NCBI GenBank assembly: GCA_963662265.2
Contig: CAXXHA010000003.1
Span: forward strand, 1-64,000
DNA: 64,000 bases
From: Spirochaetia bacterium
GTDB lineage: Bacteria; Spirochaetota; Spirochaetia; CADAEX01
Direction: 5' to 3'
Part shown: one piece after another, positions 18,193-26,846 of the stretch
Numbering within the stretch: the first letter of the stretch is position 1
Layout: every line of letters begins with the position of its first letter
The notes under the pieces: model-generated
Seen by the model: only the letters and a program-made list of their open reading frames with translations
Told to the model about the DNA's origin: nothing
Databases searched by the model: none
Translations under genes and position numbers: made by a program

Positions 18193-19529
18193 TGAGTATT
18201 GTTCTTACTCCGGAATTTTTAACTATAGGAATGTTTTCCTTTCTTTTTATAGGGGTCCTCACAGGATATCCGCTTGGTGTGCCTATTGGAGGTGCAGGTC
18301 TTTTATTCGGATACCTGATGTTTCAGGGGGCTGCCTTTGATATGTTCTATACAAGGGTTTATGCCCAGCTTACAAGTACCGGCTTCATGGCTGTTCCTCT
18401 CTTTGTTTTCATGGGCGGTATGCTTGAGAGGTCCGGTATAGCAGCAAAGATGTATGAAAGTCTTTATATATGCTTCGGGAAATTCCGCGGCGGGCTGGCT
18501 ATTGTAAGCATCCTTATCGGAACAATAATGGCTGCATGCATAGGTGTTATTGCAGCTTCAATATCAATGCTTACCATGGTTGCTCTTCCAGTCATGATAA
18601 AGCGCGGTTATGACAAGGGGCTTGCTACCGGTTCAATCTGTGCAGGCGGTACTCTGGGGATACTTATTCCGCCAAGCATAATGCTTATTATTTATGGTCC
18701 TGCAGCATGGATTTCAGTCGGAAAGCTTTTCATGGCTGCTTTCGGCCCAGGTATAATGCTTTCTGTTCTTTATATGATTTATATAGCAATACGGTCATTT
18801 ATCCAGCCTTCAATTGCACCGTCAGTAAGTGAAGAAGAAGGGAACTATACTTCTACGGAAAAAGTATTCATGCTTGTGAAATCACTTCTTCCCACACTCT
18901 TTCTGATCTTAAGCGTACTGGGGGCTATTTATACAGGTATTGCAGCTCCTACAGAAGCAGCTGCTGTTGGTGCGTTTGTTTCTGTTCTTCTCACAGCTGC
19001 CTACAAGCAGTTCAGCTGGAAAGCTCTAATGGATGTATCTTTAAGCACAATCAAGCTTACATGTATGGTACTCCTGATAGCGGCATGTTCTACTGCTTTT
19101 GTAAGTGTTTTTCTTGCAGGCGGCGGCGGTGAAGTTGTGAAGAATTTCATACTGAGCTTCCCGGGAGGGAAATGGTCAGTATTTGCAATGATCATGGTTG
19201 TCACCTTTGCTCTCGGGGCGTTTATTGACTGGGTCGGTATAATTTTTGTTCTAGTTCCGATTCTTTCTCCGATTATTCCGGAACTTGGATTCGATCCGTT
19301 GTGGTTTGCAATGATGATTATTGTTAACCTTCAGATGTCATTCCTCACCCCGCCTTTTGCATATGCAATGTTCTTCCTGAAAGGTGCTGCAGATCCGGCA
19401 CTGGGAATCGAGACGAAGGATATTATACGGGGAATGCTTCCTTTTGTAGGTATTGTAGCCGTGGGGCTCATCCTGCTGATTATCTTTCCTCAGATTGTTA
19501 CATGGCTGCCGAGTACCATGGGAAAATAA
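18189..19529 (+). CDS. dctM: TRAP large permease
   Basis: AVPLFVFMG, GTLGILIPPSI, PTEAAAVG and FLTPPF. Confidence 0.95.
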   Translation: MMSIVLTPEFLTIGMFSFLFIGVLTGYPLGVPIGGAGLLFGYLMFQGAAFDMFYTRVYAQLTSTGFMAVPLFVFMGGMLERSGIAAKMYESLYICFGKFRGGLAIVSILIGTIMAACIGVIAASISMLTMVALPVMIKRGYDKGLATGSICAGGTLGILIPPSIMLIIYGPAAWISVGKLFMAAFGPGIMLSVLYMIYIAIRSFIQPSIAPSVSEEEGNYTSTEKVFMLVKSLLPTLFLILSVLGAIYTGIAAPTEAAAVGAFVSVLLTAAYKQFSWKALMDVSLSTIKLTCMVLLIAACSTAFVSVFLAGGGGEVVKNFILSFPGGKWSVFAMIMVVTFALGAFIDWVGIIFVLVPILSPIIPELGFDPLWFAMMIIVNLQMSFLTPPFAYAMFFLKGAADPALGIETKDIIRGMLPFVGIVAVGLILLIIFPQIVTWLPSTMGK

Positions 19530-19616
19530 AATAATAATGTGCTGATATTTCAGCACATTATTACATCCAAAAAGATTAAGAAGAAAAGTCAAACTGATAT
19601 TAAATATGGAGACTGT

Positions 19617-20885
19617 ATGAATAACATAGATAAAGCCCGAAAACTGCTTGGAGAATTCAAGGGAAATAACTACCTGTATGGGGATGGTCTTCTTGATCAG
19701 GTAGGGGCTGTTGCTTCAAAAATCGGTAAAAAAGCAATAATAATCAGGGGGACTTTTCCCGGTTCTGATTCCTATGTTGATGTTATAAAAAAATCTCTTG
19801 CAGATTCAGGGATTGTTGTTGCAGCAGTTGAAAAAGGGGCAAGACCTAATTGCCCGCTTGAGGACCTTGCAAGGATAACAGATTCCCTTGTTAAATCTGA
19901 AGCAGATATAATAGTAAGTTTCGGAGGCGGAAGCACAATAGATGCAGCCAAGGCTGCCGAAGTGCTAAGGACTCTCGGAGGCGAAATTGAAGATTATTTC
20001 GGTGTCGGGCTTGTAACAGCAGCATGCGAGAAAAAAGGGGTTGTCCTTGCTCCCCACATCGCGATTGAGACTGCAGCTTCATCCGGTGCCCATTTGACCA
20101 AGTATTCAAATATAACAGATCTTGAAACAGGACAGAAAAAACTTATTGTAGATCCTGCAATTGTTCCTTCCCATCCTGTTTTTGATTATTCAGTAACATA
20201 TGGTCTCCCTGTTTCTGTAACAATGGATGGCGGGCTTGACGGAATTGCCCACTGTCTGGAGGTTTTTTACGGATCAGCAGGGACTGAAAATTATGAACTC
20301 TGCAGAGAGATTGCCGAAGCAGGTATTTCCCTTGTGGTTGAATATCTCCCCCGGGTCATATCTGATCCTTCAGATACTGAAGCAAGAGCAGCATTGTGCC
20401 TTGCCACAGACATGGGCGGTTATGCTATCATGGTCGGCGGTACAAACGGGGGGCATCTGACAAGTTTTTCACTTGTTGATATCCTCTCGCATGGACGGGC
20501 ATGCGCAATTATGAATCCATACTATTCTGTATTTTTTGCGCCTGCTATCGAAAACGAACTCAGATTCGTAGGAAATATATTCAAGTCATATGGTTATTCA
20601 GATAATGATTTCGAATTACTTTCAGGAAACGAACTGGGGCAAGCGGCAGCCGGGGCAATGTTTGCACTGGCAGAAAAAATTGGTTTTCCTGTTTCTCTCG
20701 GTGAAGTACAGGGGTTTACTGATTCCCATATAGAAAAAGCAATCAATGCTGCAAAGAATCCCCAGTTAAGAATGAAACTTCAGAACATGCCGGTTCCCCT
20801 GGATTCCCAGACTGTTGATAAATATATGAGGCCGGTACTTGAAGCTGCTAAGAAAGGGGATCTTTCAATAATAAAAAACATATAA
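19617..20885 (+). CDS. Iron-containing alcohol dehydrogenase family protein
   Basis: GGGSTIDAAK; metal ligands in DGIAH, GGH and SHG; ATG at 19617 after GGAG. Confidence 0.88.
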   Translation: MNNIDKARKLLGEFKGNNYLYGDGLLDQVGAVASKIGKKAIIIRGTFPGSDSYVDVIKKSLADSGIVVAAVEKGARPNCPLEDLARITDSLVKSEADIIVSFGGGSTIDAAKAAEVLRTLGGEIEDYFGVGLVTAACEKKGVVLAPHIAIETAASSGAHLTKYSNITDLETGQKKLIVDPAIVPSHPVFDYSVTYGLPVSVTMDGGLDGIAHCLEVFYGSAGTENYELCREIAEAGISLVVEYLPRVISDPSDTEARAALCLATDMGGYAIMVGGTNGGHLTSFSLVDILSHGRACAIMNPYYSVFFAPAIENELRFVGNIFKSYGYSDNDFELLSGNELGQAAAGAMFALAEKIGFPVSLGEVQGFTDSHIEKAINAAKNPQLRMKLQNMPVPLDSQTVDKYMRPVLEAAKKGDLSIIKNI

Positions 20886-20891
20886 GGATTT

Positions 20892-22271
20892 ATGATGAAA
20901 ACTGAATTTGAATTGGGCGATAATAAATATAGCATAAATCTGCCGGATAATACAAAAATACTTACCATGAAAGGGGCTGAAGTTGTACCTGATCCGCGCA
21001 ATGAAATCAGGAGATCTCTTGATAACCCTATTGGATCAGCTGGATTTAATGAAATAATAAATAAAAAGCTGAAGGTGAATCCTGAATCAAACGCTGTAAT
21101 TGTAATTTCTGATAATACAAGGCCTGTCCCATACAAGGGGGAACAGGGGATTCTCCTTCCGCTTGTTGAAAGGCTTATCGATGCAGGGGTTCAGGCTGAT
21201 AAAATTACTGTTTTATGCGCGAACGGAACACACACGCCTCTTTCCGATGAAGTCCTGAGGAGCATGATTGATCCTGAAGTATATAACAGAGGGGTAAAGG
21301 TTATAAACCATGACTGCCTTGATGATGATAATCTTAAGTTTGTGGGATACACATCGAGAGGGACAGAAATAAAAGTCAACAGGATATATGTAGATGCAGA
21401 TATAAAAATACTAACCGGGCTTGTTGAAAGCCATTTCATGGCAGGTGTATCGGGGGGGAGAAAATCAATCTGTCCCGGTCTTATAGGCGAAGGATCAACT
21501 TTCATTTTCCACAGTGTTAATATTCTTGATAATGAAAAATCTGAAGATCTGAATCTGAAAGATAATCCCTGTCATGAAGAGGCGCTGGAAGTTGCAAAAA
21601 GCGTAGGCGCTGATTTTATTTTCAATGTAACTCTTAATCAGTATTTCAATGTGACAGGTTACTTTGCAGGCGACATGGAAGAAGCACATCTTGCCGCTTT
21701 TGAGAAGGTGAAAGACAGCGTGGGAATTCATGAGAGTGAAAAATATGATATAGTTGTAACGCATGCAGGTTTTGTAGGGAAAAACCATTACCAGGCTGCC
21801 AAAGCAGGTGTTGCATCAATTCCACTTCTGCATGAAAACAGTTATCTGATTATGGGAGCCGACTGCATTGATGTTGACCCTGTTGGTAAAGACACTTACA
21901 GGAAAGTTCTTCCATATCTGAAAAACAGTGATGCTGATGATTTTATCAGAATGCTGAGGTCTGCTGAATGGACATTCATTCCTGACCAGTGGCAGGTTCA
22001 GATGTGGGCAAAAGTGTTCAGGGTTATGCCCCAGGATAATTTCATTTATTATGCTCCCCAGATATGCAGGAAAGATTATGAAATCCTTTCAGGGCAGGAT
22101 GGTAACAGATATCTGCCTGATGACAGAAGGTATGAAGCGGGTACAAAAGATGATATAGTCCCCTTTATTGAGTCCTCGTTAAATGCTATTATTGAGAAAT
22201 TAAAGGTGGAGGGCAATAAGGACATTAAAATAGCATGGCTTGCAGATGGTCCTTATGGTATAATTATATAA
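20892..22271 (+). CDS. larA: Nickel-pincer-dependent lactate racemase / 2-hydroxyacid racemase family (LarA, DUF2088)
   Basis: SDNTRP, ANGTH, VESHFMAGVSGGRK, FH and YQAAK match LarA active-site positions. Confidence 0.88.
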   Translation: MMKTEFELGDNKYSINLPDNTKILTMKGAEVVPDPRNEIRRSLDNPIGSAGFNEIINKKLKVNPESNAVIVISDNTRPVPYKGEQGILLPLVERLIDAGVQADKITVLCANGTHTPLSDEVLRSMIDPEVYNRGVKVINHDCLDDDNLKFVGYTSRGTEIKVNRIYVDADIKILTGLVESHFMAGVSGGRKSICPGLIGEGSTFIFHSVNILDNEKSEDLNLKDNPCHEEALEVAKSVGADFIFNVTLNQYFNVTGYFAGDMEEAHLAAFEKVKDSVGIHESEKYDIVVTHAGFVGKNHYQAAKAGVASIPLLHENSYLIMGADCIDVDPVGKDTYRKVLPYLKNSDADDFIRMLRSAEWTFIPDQWQVQMWAKVFRVMPQDNFIYYAPQICRKDYEILSGQDGNRYLPDDRRYEAGTKDDIVPFIESSLNAIIEKLKVEGNKDIKIAWLADGPYGIII

Positions 22272-22281
22272 TAAAAAAATA

Positions 22282-22929
22282 ATGATTAGTACGAAGATGA
22301 AACTATTTAAACAGAAAGACATAATTACTCAGCAGATAATCACTGATATACTGGATGGCAAGATACATAAGCACGGTAAACTTTTTCCTGCCTCTGATCT
22401 GGCAAAAGAATACGGGATTTCCATTGTAACTATGAGGGAGATACTGAAGGCTATGGAAAGTCTCGGCATTCTTACTGTCAATCACGGTAGGGGTATATTC
22501 CTGAACAATCCTGACACTATTTTTCTGGATCTCTTTGATACCAGGATAGTAATAGAAAGCAGTATTGCCGGATTGTCTGCAAAAAACAGGACAGAAGAGG
22601 ATATTGAAAGTCTAAAATACATACTGGCAGATCTTAAAAAAGCTTCTGTCGAAGACGATATTGACCTGTATACTGAAGCTGATTATGAATTTCATTTTTA
22701 TATTGCAGAAACATGTAAAAATGTGATACTTAAGAAAACTCTTGAAAATATCCGGAACTTTCTTCACTATCAGCAGCTGGAGACAAATATCAAACTTCTT
22801 CCTTCTTTAGATGTTTCATGGGAGGAGCACAGGCTTATTCTTGAAAAGATAATTGAAAAAGATGAATGCGGCGCAATTGAGGCAATGAAAGATCATCTCA
22901 ATAAAACCAAAAAACTCTGGATGAAGTGA
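22282..22929 (+). CDS. GntR/FadR family regulator (FCD domain)
   Basis: N-terminal wHTH; DYEFH, N, EH and H residues of an FCD domain. Confidence 0.9.
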   Translation: MISTKMKLFKQKDIITQQIITDILDGKIHKHGKLFPASDLAKEYGISIVTMREILKAMESLGILTVNHGRGIFLNNPDTIFLDLFDTRIVIESSIAGLSAKNRTEEDIESLKYILADLKKASVEDDIDLYTEADYEFHFYIAETCKNVILKKTLENIRNFLHYQQLETNIKLLPSLDVSWEEHRLILEKIIEKDECGAIEAMKDHLNKTKKLWMK

Positions 22930-22936
22930 CAGATTT

Positions 22937-23320
22937 ATGAATAGTATAAAGATATTTAATTCAGAAAATATTTTTCCAGCTTTTGGTCCTTTTTCACATG
23001 CTGCAATGACTGAAAATTTCTTCCTGCCTTCCGGTCAGCTGGGAATTAATCCTGAAACAGGTTCTCTGGTGGATGGGGGAGCCGGGGAAGAGACAAGGCA
23101 GATTTTCAGTAATATTGAGGCTCTGCTTTCTGAAGCAGGATTGTCCCTTAAGAATATAATCAAGGCTACTGTTTATATAACAGACATGGAATACTTTGAT
23201 GATATGAACCGTATCTATGCTGAATATTTTGACGGAGATTACCCGTCCCGGGTATGTGTCGGAGTTTCTTCACTTGCAAAAAACGCAAAAGTTGAAATCG
23301 ATTTTATCTGTGTGAAATAG
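22937..23320 (+). CDS. ridA: Rid (YjgF/YER057c/UK114) family enamine/imine deaminase
   Basis: GPFSHA, SGQL, MNRIYAEYF, PSR (catalytic Arg) and VEID. Confidence 0.88.
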   Translation: MNSIKIFNSENIFPAFGPFSHAAMTENFFLPSGQLGINPETGSLVDGGAGEETRQIFSNIEALLSEAGLSLKNIIKATVYITDMEYFDDMNRIYAEYFDGDYPSRVCVGVSSLAKNAKVEIDFICVK

Positions 23321-23453
23321 ACTGATACAGCGCTTTTACAGCTGTATTATCTGTTATTATCCATAGCAGAACCTTACTGTTCTCTTCAGGGTTTTCATAT
23401 CAGGTTTTAAGCTGATCCCTTTTATAATCCTTTTTTTACAGATATCAATACAG

Positions 23454-24071
23454 TTACCCTGTTCCTGAGAATTTCTGTTTCAGGACTGAATCAAGATAGG
23501 TAATTGCCTTGTCCAGGTTTTTTCCCGCGCCGGGGCTTAGATTTTCACCAAGGTCCCATTCATACCCTTTTATACTCAACATATATGCTTCAGGCACCCT
23601 CGAATACAGTCCGCTGCATAGAGCAAGAACAGACCCGGGAGACATTGAATGTGTTGAAAATGCAATGGATTTATCCGGATATATTTTACTGAAGGTGTAA
23701 TCTTCAATCGCTTCAACTGATGCATCTGCAAAAATAACTGTATTAAATTCTGAAATCAGTAAAGCATCTTCTATATTAAGCTGATAGTTGAATTCAACAC
23801 TGATATTTGGAAACTCTCCATTATCCAGCATTTTACTGCACCATTCAGCAGTCAGATATCCCAGTGCATCATCCTGCCTTCCCGGATTCCCGTAACCGTA
23901 AACAAGAATTACAGGTAGTGATTTATCTGTTTTTAGATTTCCTCTGCTATTATTTACTGCATTTATTCGCAGGTCGGGTCTACTCCCCCGCAGCTTGCTG
24001 CGTAATTTTAAAAATAAGTAAGATTTAGATTGTATATAGTTTTTGAGTCCTGGACCCGACATACAATCCAT
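23454..24071 (-). CDS. hoxW: Hydrogenase maturation endopeptidase; true start uncertain because the N-terminus derives from a repeat
   Basis: YGYGNPGRQDDALG, FADA and FSTHSMSP; directly downstream of hoxH. Confidence 0.85.
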   Translation of the reverse strand: MDCMSGPGLKNYIQSKSYLFLKLRSKLRGSRPDLRINAVNNSRGNLKTDKSLPVILVYGYGNPGRQDDALGYLTAEWCSKMLDNGEFPNISVEFNYQLNIEDALLISEFNTVIFADASVEAIEDYTFSKIYPDKSIAFSTHSMSPGSVLALCSGLYSRVPEAYMLSIKGYEWDLGENLSPGAGKNLDKAITYLDSVLKQKFSGTG

Positions 24072-24110
24072 TCCTTACAGATCCACATAACCTGCTGCTT
24101 GCGGCGGGTT
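23960..24110 (-). mobile_element. ~150-bp structured repeat (MITE/PATE-like), copy 1
   Basis: Terminal hairpins CCCGCCGCAAGCAGCAGG and CGCAGCAAGCTGCG; aligns along its length with 62287-62415. Confidence 0.7.
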
Positions 24111-25562
24111 TGTTTGTTTTTTCATTTTTGATATTTCTGTCCCCTTACTGTCATAAAGAATAATTTCAAGCGGCATTTTCCCCAGAGCATGTGTCGCGCA
24201 TGAAAGACATGGATCATAGGCTCTTATCCCCACTTCGACCGCGTTCATCATCGGCTCTGTAATCTCTTTCCGCCCTGTCATCTGTTTTCTTGCTATGAAG
24301 TCAACTGCCCTGTTCATCGGTTCATTGTTATTTGTTGTTGATACTATGAGGTTTGCCATGCTTATGAGATCGTTATCATCCACACGGTAATGGTGGAACA
24401 GGGTTCCCCTCGGCGCTTCAATAAGGCCAACTCCCTCATTCGTATGACTGCCTTCCACTACAAGGCTGGAATCATCTGTAATATCCGGGTCTTTGAGAAG
24501 AATTTTCATCATCTCAGCTGCAAAAAGAATTTCTATCAGCCTCGCATAATGGGTATGCAGGCATATATTGTTTGGTTTTCCATTTGTAATTGATTTGTAT
24601 GTTTCAAATTCCTTCTGTGCCAGCGGTGTGGGGATGAAATCGCAGGTATTGAGTCTTGCAAGCGGTCCCACTCTGTACCAGCCCTCTTTTTTCCCGATAT
24701 GCTTCAGGTAGGGGAATTTCATGTAACTCCAGTTTTTGACTTCCTCCCTTATCCAGTCAAGGTAGTCCTGGTAATCAATATCATCGAGTATTTTCTTTCC
24801 CTCTGAATCAACTGCGCGGAGAACACCGTGGTAAAGATCAAGAGCACCGTCTTTTCTTACAAGACTCAGGTGGTTTGAGGGGAAGTATGAGAAGTTGTCA
24901 ATCCATTCGCTATTCTTACTGTGATAATCTTTGAAAAATTCAAGAGCTGAAAGTGACCACTCAATCATCTTTTCTATGTTCAGCGGATCATCTCCTTTCA
25001 GGAAAAATTCTCTCTCCTCTTCAGAAAGCGCCTTGTTCATACCTCCCGGTATTGCACCTGTTCCATGTATCTTTTTGCCTGCTGTTGCTTTTATTATTTC
25101 CTGGCCGAACTTTCTCATCATCACGCCCTGTACTGCAAGCTCCTTATGCTCCATTGCGACACCTATCACATTCCTGATTGCAGGATCTGCATCAATACCG
25201 AAAAGTAGATCAGGGCTTACAAGGTGGAAGAAGTGAAGGGCATGTGACTGGAAAACCTGCCCGTAATGCATCAGCCTTCTCAGCTTGTCTGCCGCAGGAG
25301 TAAGCCCCTCTCCTGTGCCTGCCCCTGCAATGACATCCATTGCTTTTGCTGCTGCAAGATGATGGCTTACAGGGCATATACCGCACAACCTTTCAACAAG
25401 TACCGGGGCTTCCCAGTAAGGTCTTCCCTGGACAAATCTCTCAAATCCCCTGAATTCAACTATATGAAGCCTTGACTGGCTGACATTTCCTTTCTCGTCA
25501 AGGTTGATTGTAACTTTTCCGTGTCCTTCAACTCTGGTAACCGGATCTATGGTAATCTTCAT
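24075..25562 (-). CDS. hoxH: Group 3d [NiFe] hydrogenase large subunit
   Basis: TRVEGHG, L1 RLCGIC, EAPRGTLFHHY, L2 DPCLSCATH plus C-terminal extension. Confidence 0.96.
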   Translation of the reverse strand: MKITIDPVTRVEGHGKVTINLDEKGNVSQSRLHIVEFRGFERFVQGRPYWEAPVLVERLCGICPVSHHLAAAKAMDVIAGAGTGEGLTPAADKLRRLMHYGQVFQSHALHFFHLVSPDLLFGIDADPAIRNVIGVAMEHKELAVQGVMMRKFGQEIIKATAGKKIHGTGAIPGGMNKALSEEEREFFLKGDDPLNIEKMIEWSLSALEFFKDYHSKNSEWIDNFSYFPSNHLSLVRKDGALDLYHGVLRAVDSEGKKILDDIDYQDYLDWIREEVKNWSYMKFPYLKHIGKKEGWYRVGPLARLNTCDFIPTPLAQKEFETYKSITNGKPNNICLHTHYARLIEILFAAEMMKILLKDPDITDDSSLVVEGSHTNEGVGLIEAPRGTLFHHYRVDDNDLISMANLIVSTTNNNEPMNRAVDFIARKQMTGRKEITEPMMNAVEVGIRAYDPCLSCATHALGKMPLEIILYDSKGTEISKMKKQTNPPQAAGYVDL

Positions 25563-25573
25563 TATTATCCTCC

Positions 25574-26125
25574 CTAGTCATATTTAAATATTTCATACGG
25601 AAGTGATAATTCCTTCCCTGTTAAAAGAGCTGTCAGCACTTCCCAGATAAGGTCGGCATTTGGAGGGCAGCCGGGCAGAAAATAATCAATTTTTACAACT
25701 TCATGGCATGGGTAAACCCGGTCAAGAATCATAGGGATCTCACTGTCGCTGGGTAGTATTTTTTCATCATTGCAGTCTGAAACTGTCGGACCGTAGAGAT
25801 ATGCCTCTTCTATGCATTCCTTTACAGGAATGTTGTTTCTCATTGCAGGGAGCCCCCCCATCATTGCGCATTCACCGACTGATATCAGTGTTGAACAGTT
25901 TTTCCTGAAGCTCTTAAGGACATGCACATTTTCATGGTTGCAGCATCCCCCTTCGATAAGCCCTATATCGCAATGCTTTGTGAAAGTCTTTATATCGTCA
26001 ATCGGGGATTTGTTGAATTCTACTAGTTCAATCAGCTCAAGTATTCTTTCATCTATATCCAGGATTGACATATGACAGCCGAAACATCCTGCAAGGGATG
26101 TTGTGGCAACTACCGCTTTACTCAT
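25574..26125 (-). CDS. hoxY: NAD-reducing hydrogenase small subunit
   Basis: LAGCFGCHMS, EGG, GEC and LPGCPP; short single-cluster type. Confidence 0.95.
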   Translation of the reverse strand: MSKAVVATTSLAGCFGCHMSILDIDERILELIELVEFNKSPIDDIKTFTKHCDIGLIEGGCCNHENVHVLKSFRKNCSTLISVGECAMMGGLPAMRNNIPVKECIEEAYLYGPTVSDCNDEKILPSDSEIPMILDRVYPCHEVVKIDYFLPGCPPNADLIWEVLTALLTGKELSLPYEIFKYD

Positions 26126-26835
26126 AATTTATTCTCCCTGTTTTCCCCTTCTATATCTGTGCCGATTTCAAATTTATCGAATTTTCTCATACCCACAGGC
26201 ACTTTGAAACCTATCCGTCTTTTGATAATTGCACCCACAGGGCATATATCCATTGCCTTCTGTGCAAGTTCTTCCGATATTTCAGAAGCAAGCGCTGTAT
26301 CAATAGTTATCGAGACTTTATGTCCCCTGTCTTTGAAAGCAAAAATACTCTTTCCCTCATCATTTTTGACAGCCCTTATGCATCTCTTGCAGAGAATGCA
26401 TCTGTTCTGATCCTTGATAAGATAATTATTTGATTCGAGGGGCCTTACCGGGTAAAGATAGGGGAAACGGGGCGCTGTTATCCTGTAGCGGTATGCAAGC
26501 GCCTGAAGTTCGCACTTCCCGCTTTTTTCGCAGGCCGGGCAGAAATGGTTGCCTTCCACAAACATCAGTTCCAGAATAGACTTTCTCATTTCTTCCAGCT
26601 GTTCTGTTCTGCATTCAACCTGCATGTTGTCTGTTATTTTTGTCGTGCATGCAGTAATCAGCTTTCCGTTTATCCTGACAGTGCATATCCTGCATGCCCC
26701 TTTTGGTTTTATGCCTGGATAATTACAGAGTGTAGGTATATAAATACCGTTATTTGCAGCTGCTTCCACAAGGTACTCGTCAGACTGGCCAATGCATTCT
26801 TTTCCATCTATTGTAAATTTAATCACTTCACTCAT
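26122..26835 (-). CDS. hoxU: NAD-reducing hydrogenase diaphorase Fe-S subunit (NuoG N-terminal-like)
   Basis: IPTLC, GACRIC, HFCPACEKSGKC, CILCKRC and CPVGAI. Confidence 0.95.
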   Translation of the reverse strand: MSEVIKFTIDGKECIGQSDEYLVEAAANNGIYIPTLCNYPGIKPKGACRICTVRINGKLITACTTKITDNMQVECRTEQLEEMRKSILELMFVEGNHFCPACEKSGKCELQALAYRYRITAPRFPYLYPVRPLESNNYLIKDQNRCILCKRCIRAVKNDEGKSIFAFKDRGHKVSITIDTALASEISEELAQKAMDICPVGAIIKRRIGFKVPVGMRKFDKFEIGTDIEGENRENKL

Positions 26836-26846
26836 CACCTTCTCCC

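Noticed and set aside
24075-25562. Selenocysteine-containing [NiFeSe] hydrogenase
   Set aside because: L2 motif is DPCLSC with Cys codons and there is no in-frame TGA
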